The notes beneath the pieces are model-generated. The model searched no databases and was not told the origin of the DNA. It was given only the letters and a program-made list of their open reading frames with translations. Of a DNA stretch of 56,071 nucleotides, positions 49,769 to 56,071 are shown one piece after another. The stretch comes from Octopus bimaculoides (lineage: Eukaryota): positions 45,812,470 through 45,868,540 of the forward strand of contig NC_069000.1 in NCBI RefSeq assembly GCF_001194135.2. Direction: 5' to 3'. Position numbers and translations under genes: made by a program. Positions within the stretch are counted from its first letter, which is position 1. Each line of letters starts with the position of its first letter.

Positions 49769-50013
49769 CGGCACCTAGAAGGGCACCCGGTTGTAGAATA
49801 TTTGCTCAAGAAATTTAGTCCATTGCACACATACATATAAGCTATCACCAGCAGCCTTTCATTTTGTGTCTTGTGTCAGGTATTTTCCATTCCATTGGTC
49901 CTTGTGTATCCAATGAATGAGGAGCATTTCTCTTGGAGAATATAAACAACATCCTCATTCTTTTCTTCTCTCTTTTTGTCCAGACACTTAAGTATGACAA
50001 TATGCACAATCAA

Positions 50014-50044
<31 letters not shown>

Positions 50045-50207
50045 TTCTTTCAGTTTTTGTCTACCTCATCCACTCATTAGGATCATAGCCCAGGAACTGT
50101 AGTAGAAAACCCTTCCCAAAGGTTCGATGCAGCCATGCCTGAGCCTGTTCATATCGGTCGTTATTACATAAAGATGAATTTGAACAAAGATTAAACCTAG
50201 ATTCTTT

Positions 50208-50352
50208 TCTACTCTAGGCACAAGGCCTGAAATGTTTGGGGAGGGGGAGCCAGTCGATTAGATCAACCCCAGTTTGTAACTGGTACTTAATTTATCGACC
50301 CTGAAAGAATGAAAGGCAAAGTCAACCTTGGCGGGATTTGAACTCAGAGCAT
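50208..50352 (-). mobile_element. SINE family D, 3' part
   Basis: Reverse-complement match to the core and tail. Confidence 0.85.
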
Positions 50353-51216
50353 AATAAACCTATATTAACAGAAATATGCTGATAACAGAGGTGGAATGTG
50401 TATCTAAAGCTTACAACTTCAAAGCAGCAGTGTTATCAGAACTATATTTGAAAAATTCAATAAGACATGCTTATAGAGTAACCCCTCACCATGTCATGGT
50501 TCACCTGTCGTGCACTCAATACATTACAGTTGACCTATTGTGCACTCAGTACAACACAAATTTTTCTGGCTAATACATGTAAATTTGTATCACAGACTCC
50601 TCAGTATATTCTATCTTATTTTATGCTGAAACTGGCCAGATCTAGCCTCTCACACTTACTCTACAATGTCATTCTAAAAATAAACAATCACATCTTTGAA
50701 ATGATAAAGCTACAGGATAATGCATGATTTATTCAAAACCACAGGAATGAATAAGCATTTCACTTGACTGAGAAATTTCAATGCCAAAGGGTCAATGGCC
50801 TTGAAGCCCCTATTGTGTTGTCAAACTTTTGCTTTGCTCAAGGTTTCACTTGTTATATTCTTCACAATTGCAGATAATTGTTTGTGTGGGCTAACGACCC
50901 AATCAAATGAAGCAACATAAACTTGTTGCGGTCATCGTACCAGTGAGCATTTAAACTAGCAAATCACAAGTATCCTCTCATGATTGATTTGTTGGGGTTT
51001 TTTTTTCCTACCACTGTCGACATTTATAATCTTCTTGATGTTGTTGCAGTGGCTGTCATTGATGAGTTGATATGTACAATATCTCAACATTGTTATTTTA
51101 AAAAGCATTGATATGAAACTTAGTCTACGAGCTACTGTGGTACGGGCAATAAAAAGACCAGTTTTACACTGTTGTTTTAACATTGAGACAATTGGCTCTG
51201 CACACAAAACCACTAG

Positions 51217-51380
51217 GTGCAGACATGGCTGTGTGGTTAGGAAATTTGCTTCTCAGCCACATGGTTACAGGTTCAGTCCTATTGCATGGTATCTTTGACT
51301 AGTGTTTTCTTTTCTATCCATGGCTCATCCAAAGCTTTGGAGTGGATTTGGTAGATTGAACTGAAAAAAAGCTCGTGTTT
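51217..51380 (+). mobile_element. SINE family B head
   Basis: gcagacatggctgtgtggttaggaaatttgcttc...ggttcagtcc. Confidence 0.8.
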
Positions 51381-52639
51381 GTGTGTGTGCGTGTGTACTT
51401 ACAGAGAAAGAGAGAGACATTGATATGTTTAATGTCCAGTCTGATCATCTGTAGGTCACTGCCTCCCAAATTGTTGATTATGATGTGACCAGTGTCCAGT
51501 CTAGGATTCTTTTGTGGTCAAGGTCTCCCAGGCCAGTGATATTGATATGGTTCATGTTCAGTCTGAACAATCAAAATAAAACCGTGACAGTGTGCGAGTG
51601 TGCGCTTGTGGGTCACGTGTCCAACCACGCAAGTATTTGAGGAAACTGTTTTAGTCAAGTGACTTATACTCATCACAAAAGTTCTTTCCACCCAACGGGG
51701 AGAAGGCGTCTCCATGAGGTCGCTCTAAATGCTAAAAACAACAGCCAGTCCTTCCTCGAACACGCGTTACCATCTTACAAAAGGACGCGTTGTATAATGT
51801 AGTCCTGGGGTGCCTTACAGATAGGGAAAAGACAAGGTTGTCACGGTTGGATTGACATTAATCATAGCTAATCTGGGGTTAAGCAACAATATTGTACTTT
51901 TAAGAATCCTCTTTGGATTTGGGCGTGAGCGTTGGAATCGTGTGACCTACAAAAAATGACTTCACTGCACTTCCTTTTAAAACCTCTGGGGGCGATGCTA
52001 TAGTCACATGCTCACCATTCCCCTCTCATAATCACTTTCTGTTGTAATTAAAAAGTAATTAATTTCTTATGGTGTGTTAGTGATGACTGGAGATAGCAGA
52101 CAGTCGGAATTGACAAGAATAGGTACCAATAGAATACTGTGGTCCCTTTATAGTTGTTATTGCTGTGTAGTTCTTTCGTGAAATTAGGACTTCGTATAAA
52201 ATCTCACACCAGAATTTAAATACATAGTCACTCAACCTGCTAAAAATAACAGTCAATTCACCACCCTCAAAGTACACTCGACTGTTTTAGAATTCCACAA
52301 CCACCGACAGCCGAGTGATGTAAATAGCTCAGGGCATCATTTTTATATTTGTCTCTTAACAGCTATTGAGTAATTCGGCAAAGGAGAACGCTANNNNNNN
52401 NNNNNNNNNNNNNNNNNNNNNNNNNNNNNNNNNNNNNNNNNNNNNNNNNNNNNNNNNNNNNNNNNNNNNNNNNNNNNNNNNNNNNNNNNNNNNNNNNNNN
52501 NNNNNNNNNNNNNNNNNNNNNNNNNNNNNNNNNNNNNNNNNNNNNNNNNNNNNNNNNNNNNNNNNNNNNNNNNNNNNNNNNNNNNNNNNNNNNNNNNNNN
52601 TTTTTTGGCGTAACAAAAACCCTAACCCTAAACACTTTC

Positions 52640-52850
52640 GCCCATTGTGCCTGTGCTTGTCCCCACCACCGCTTGACAACCAGTGTTGGTTTGCTTGCGT
52701 CTCCGTAACTTAGTGGTCCGATAAGAGAAACCGATAGAATAAGTAGAAGGCTTTAAAAAAACGTACTGGGTCGGTTCTTTCGCCTAAAAATTCTTCAAAG
52801 CGTTGCCCCAGCGTGGCTGCAGTTCAATGACTAAAGCAGATAAAATATAA
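52640..52850 (+). mobile_element. SINE family B tail
   Basis: cttgacaaccagtgttggt...gttgccccagcgtggctgcag. Confidence 0.8.
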
Positions 52851-54617
52851 AAGAAGCATTATCCTAAATACAGTGTGTGTGTGTGTGTAAAAGACAATTC
52901 GATGCATTTGTCATAGTTGGAATCCTTTTGCCATTATAAATCTGTTGGCTCTAGTTCGACTTAGGGTTAAACAGCAGCAACACGTTGTCTTGCCTGTGTT
53001 TAGTGTTTTGTGCTCAAACTTGTTTATCAGTGGAGATAAAATGCACCACTAGTAGGTTAGTTGTATCATGGCCTTGTACTAGTAATGTCATCGTCCCCAC
53101 TACCTACGTCCCCTCTACCTCCCCCCTCAACTGATTACCTCGTCCATCTCGTGGTGACAGTGTTAAGGACTGTGCCCTTCACCTTGATCGTGCATTCTCA
53201 GACAGGTGGTGGTGGTGGTGACGGCGGCGGTGATAGCCACGTGATGACATTGTCAATAGTGGTGGTGGTGACTGGTGTCTGATAAATTGTCTCTGACTCT
53301 AAAAACATTGCTTTCTTTCACCAAAAAAACCCTTTAGATCGTCGCTCTCTCGGCTAGAAATAGCAGCCGCATCTTTCTCTTTTCCCCCTCACATCCTACC
53401 GTTATTGATTGATTAATTAATTAATTAATTAATTTTCGAAAGGACAGACACGTTATATAGCGCAGTCCACCTGTAATGGATCTAAAAGTAAAATAAAAGA
53501 AAAAAAGGGGACGGGATTGTTATGGAATTTCTCTTTGATTCTCGCCTGGTCTGCTGGATCGTGGTCGACCTCGGGCTAAACAGCAGTAACAACAACGGGA
53601 AGTGCTGACACGTGGAAGCTGTTGGGCCTTCACGCTTTTCCTTCTCTTTCTCCAATTCCCTCTAACCCACTTTTACAGACTGTCTGTCCTTCTCTCTGAC
53701 CCCGTTACGCTGACACCATCTTCACCGCCAGCATCCTCATCACCAACACTCCTCTACGAGGTTATTGCCTCTGTACTCCGTTCCCTTTTTTAATTGCTCT
53801 CCGACGACCAACAGAATGGCAATGTCACCAAATCCCATCTCTGCGTCTATGACGTAATTAAAACGGGGGGAAATATATTTGGTTATCATCTCTGTTTCAA
53901 CAACAGGACGATGATGATGGTGGTGGTGGTGTTGTGGGGTGGTGGTGATTGGTGTAGAAGTGATTATAATCTTGGCAGTGATGGTGGTGGAGATGGTACT
54001 GGTGGTGACAGTTTTCCCCTCACATTTCAAAACACACACATACACGTATGTATATATTTATATATGTATGTATATATGTGCATATGTATGTGTGTGTATA
54101 TATATCTATATATATATATATATATAAAACCTCACGCACATATGTATGTATATATACAACTGTATGTATGTCATTTAAATACCTCATTCCGTCACGTATT
54201 TATCTAAATTAAGTGTCATCGGCCTAGTTTGTGTGTGTGTGTGTGTGTAAACAATAGTGTCGTGGAAGAGTCATGATCAACCATTTCAAATACTCGTTTC
54301 GTTATATTCTCTTTTATTGTGTTGTCCTGGTTGGTAACACTTATTACTGCGACCGACTTCTCTGGCCGTTGAGTGAGATTTGGCTACTATTTCTATTATA
54401 TATTAGTGGTTTTCATTACCATTGTTTTAACGTACACTTTTGGGTCAGACAGAATTCGTCTAGGCAGATCTTCCATGGTCAGGTGCCCTTCCAGTTCCCA
54501 ACCTTCACCTGTTTCTCTGGCAGATTGGAAACAAAGACACTGCTTGCATTCTGGCGACACTCGTTTAGTTATCATCTGATGTCAATAGGAGAAGTAACAA
54601 ATGCACATGTAAACGAT

Positions 54618-54710
54618 GGGCTTCTTTGAGTTTCTGTCTACCAAATCCACTCACAAGGCTTTGGTCGACCCGGAGCTATAGTAGAAGATACTTGCTCAAG
54701 GTGCTACGTA
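54618..54710 (-). mobile_element. SINE family B head, partial
   Basis: gggcttctttgagtttctgtctaccaaatccactcacaaggctttggtcg. Confidence 0.75.
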
Positions 54711-55399
54711 ACGAAAAAGGTCCACTATTTCTATTGAAGCCGAAAAATCGACAATCGTTTAAGCATTGGGAAAAATTCCTTGCAATATTTTTCCGGCTCT
54801 TTTTGTTGTGAGTTTGAATTCGCGCAAACCAACTTTACTTTCCATCTTTTCGGGGTCGTTAAAATAAACTACCAATCTTAGTACTGGGGTCGATATAATT
54901 GACTGCTGGCTGTTTGCCTTAATTAGAAATAATTATTTTTGTAACAATTTGGCGCTTTATTTAACCAGGTTAACTCATTTGCATATTTGGCACATTTTTT
55001 GTTGCTGTTTAATTTAATAAATACTTTGTTTTCTTTTTCTCATGTTAAACCCCATTATGGCTCTACTATTTAGAATGTCTAGTTTAAACACAGAGTAACA
55101 GTTAAAATTCATCGTAAAGAAAAGACTGTATTTTGAAAAAACAAACTATTGGCACATCAGTTCTTTGTTTAGTTCTCAAATTGGAGTGAATTTCGCCAGC
55201 CCAGGGGTAAATTTGTTAATTCTGTATTTTTTCTTTTTTTTATAATCTGAAGTTGAGAAAATTTAAAGTAGCCTATTTCGTGAAAAATAGTTTCTTCATC
55301 TTTTTATGGGATGGAGTGGATTCAACGCCTTGTGTTGTATACTCCTTAACTATGTTCCTTTGACGATCTATTTGTTGTCCCATCACGGGAACCGGTGGA

Positions 55400-55790
55400 T
55401 CTCATATCCATCACCGCTTAGGAGGGTCAGGGTTAGGGTTAGATTCCTCAAGCACCTCCTCCATAGGACCTTATCACAAGCAACCGCCATGAGGCTTTCC
55501 TGCCGGATTCCCAAACGCGACCAACTGAGACTATGGAGATTATCCAACCATCTCGTTCTTGGTTTTACCGTTAGGTCTCCATGCCAGTTGGCTCAGCTTG
55601 AAGAATCAGTCTTGTGATCGTTTCCTGCAATATTCTAATCACATGCCTGTGGTACCGGATCTATGATTTCTCAATGCCTTGAAGTAGCGGCTCGACCTGG
55701 AGAAACTTCCTGATCTCCGAGCTACGTACCCTGCCGAGTAACACTATTGCAGAGATCCTTTGGAGGAACTTCATTTTGCGATCGTACTCT
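55400..55790 (-). mobile_element. RTE-clade (Rex3/Expander-like) LINE ORF C-terminal relic
   Basis: Minus strand: MKFLQRISAIVLLGRVRSSEIRKFLQVEPLLQGIEKS*IRYHRHVIRI...QAEPTG / KPRTRWLDNLHSLSWSRLGI...VLWRRCL, with a stop and frameshifts. Confidence 0.8.
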
Positions 55791-56071
55791 TTCGATCATT
55801 ACCTAAGATTCATGACCAAAAGCGGACCCATGAAAAGATTAAGATAATAGAAATTAGGGACTTGAAAATATGAAAGGCAGTGGAGAACGGAGTCAACCTC
55901 TACCCTCGTCAGCATCACTTCCACCACTTACTAACTGACCAACAATTGACTTTCAATTGCTAAATACAATGGAACTATAGTGTCGGTACACTTTGATGAA
56001 TTAGAATATATCAATGGAGAACCGGATATACATTCGATGTAGACATCGTTTCTTTCTTTCTCTCTTTCTCC

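Noticed and set aside
55425-55443. gggtcagggttagggttag telomere-like motif
   Set aside because: Only about two perfect units, lying within the RTE relic's 3' end.

Overview
This is eukaryotic, AT-rich genomic scaffold sequence with extreme microsatellite density and about 13 N-gaps. The repeat landscape looks like a coleoid cephalopod, most likely Octopus (inference from recalled SINE types, not a database hit). Two + strand protein genes are supported. (1) An 8-coding-exon SLC16/monocarboxylate-transporter (MFS) gene runs from ATG 1714 to TAA 9235. All GT-AG phases join except at exon 5, which has an unresolved +1 frame conflict, and TM8 lacks the family's usual Arg. (2) The first coding exon of an ABCG1/ABCG4-like transporter lies at 43652-43940, and no second exon is visible in the remaining 12 kb. 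The rest is mostly mobile DNA: at least four tRNA-derived SINE families, RTE-type 3' tails with a 66-bp double-hairpin array, and decayed R4/Dong, CR1, Tx1/L1 and Rex3/Expander-type LINE pieces. There are also Tc1/maT transposase relics, a hAT-type MITE with an 8-bp TSD and two Helentron/HINE-like elements. The most interesting signals are a tRNA-headed SINE carrying a minimal, dimer-type hammerhead ribozyme (49562-49607, minus strand) plus other Penelope-style hammerhead motifs; a maT transposase fragment with an internal inversion inserted in (TG)n; and an inverted-repeat-framed telomere-like cassette. There is no CRISPR array or prokaryotic system. Repeat boundaries were read by eye and are approximate.
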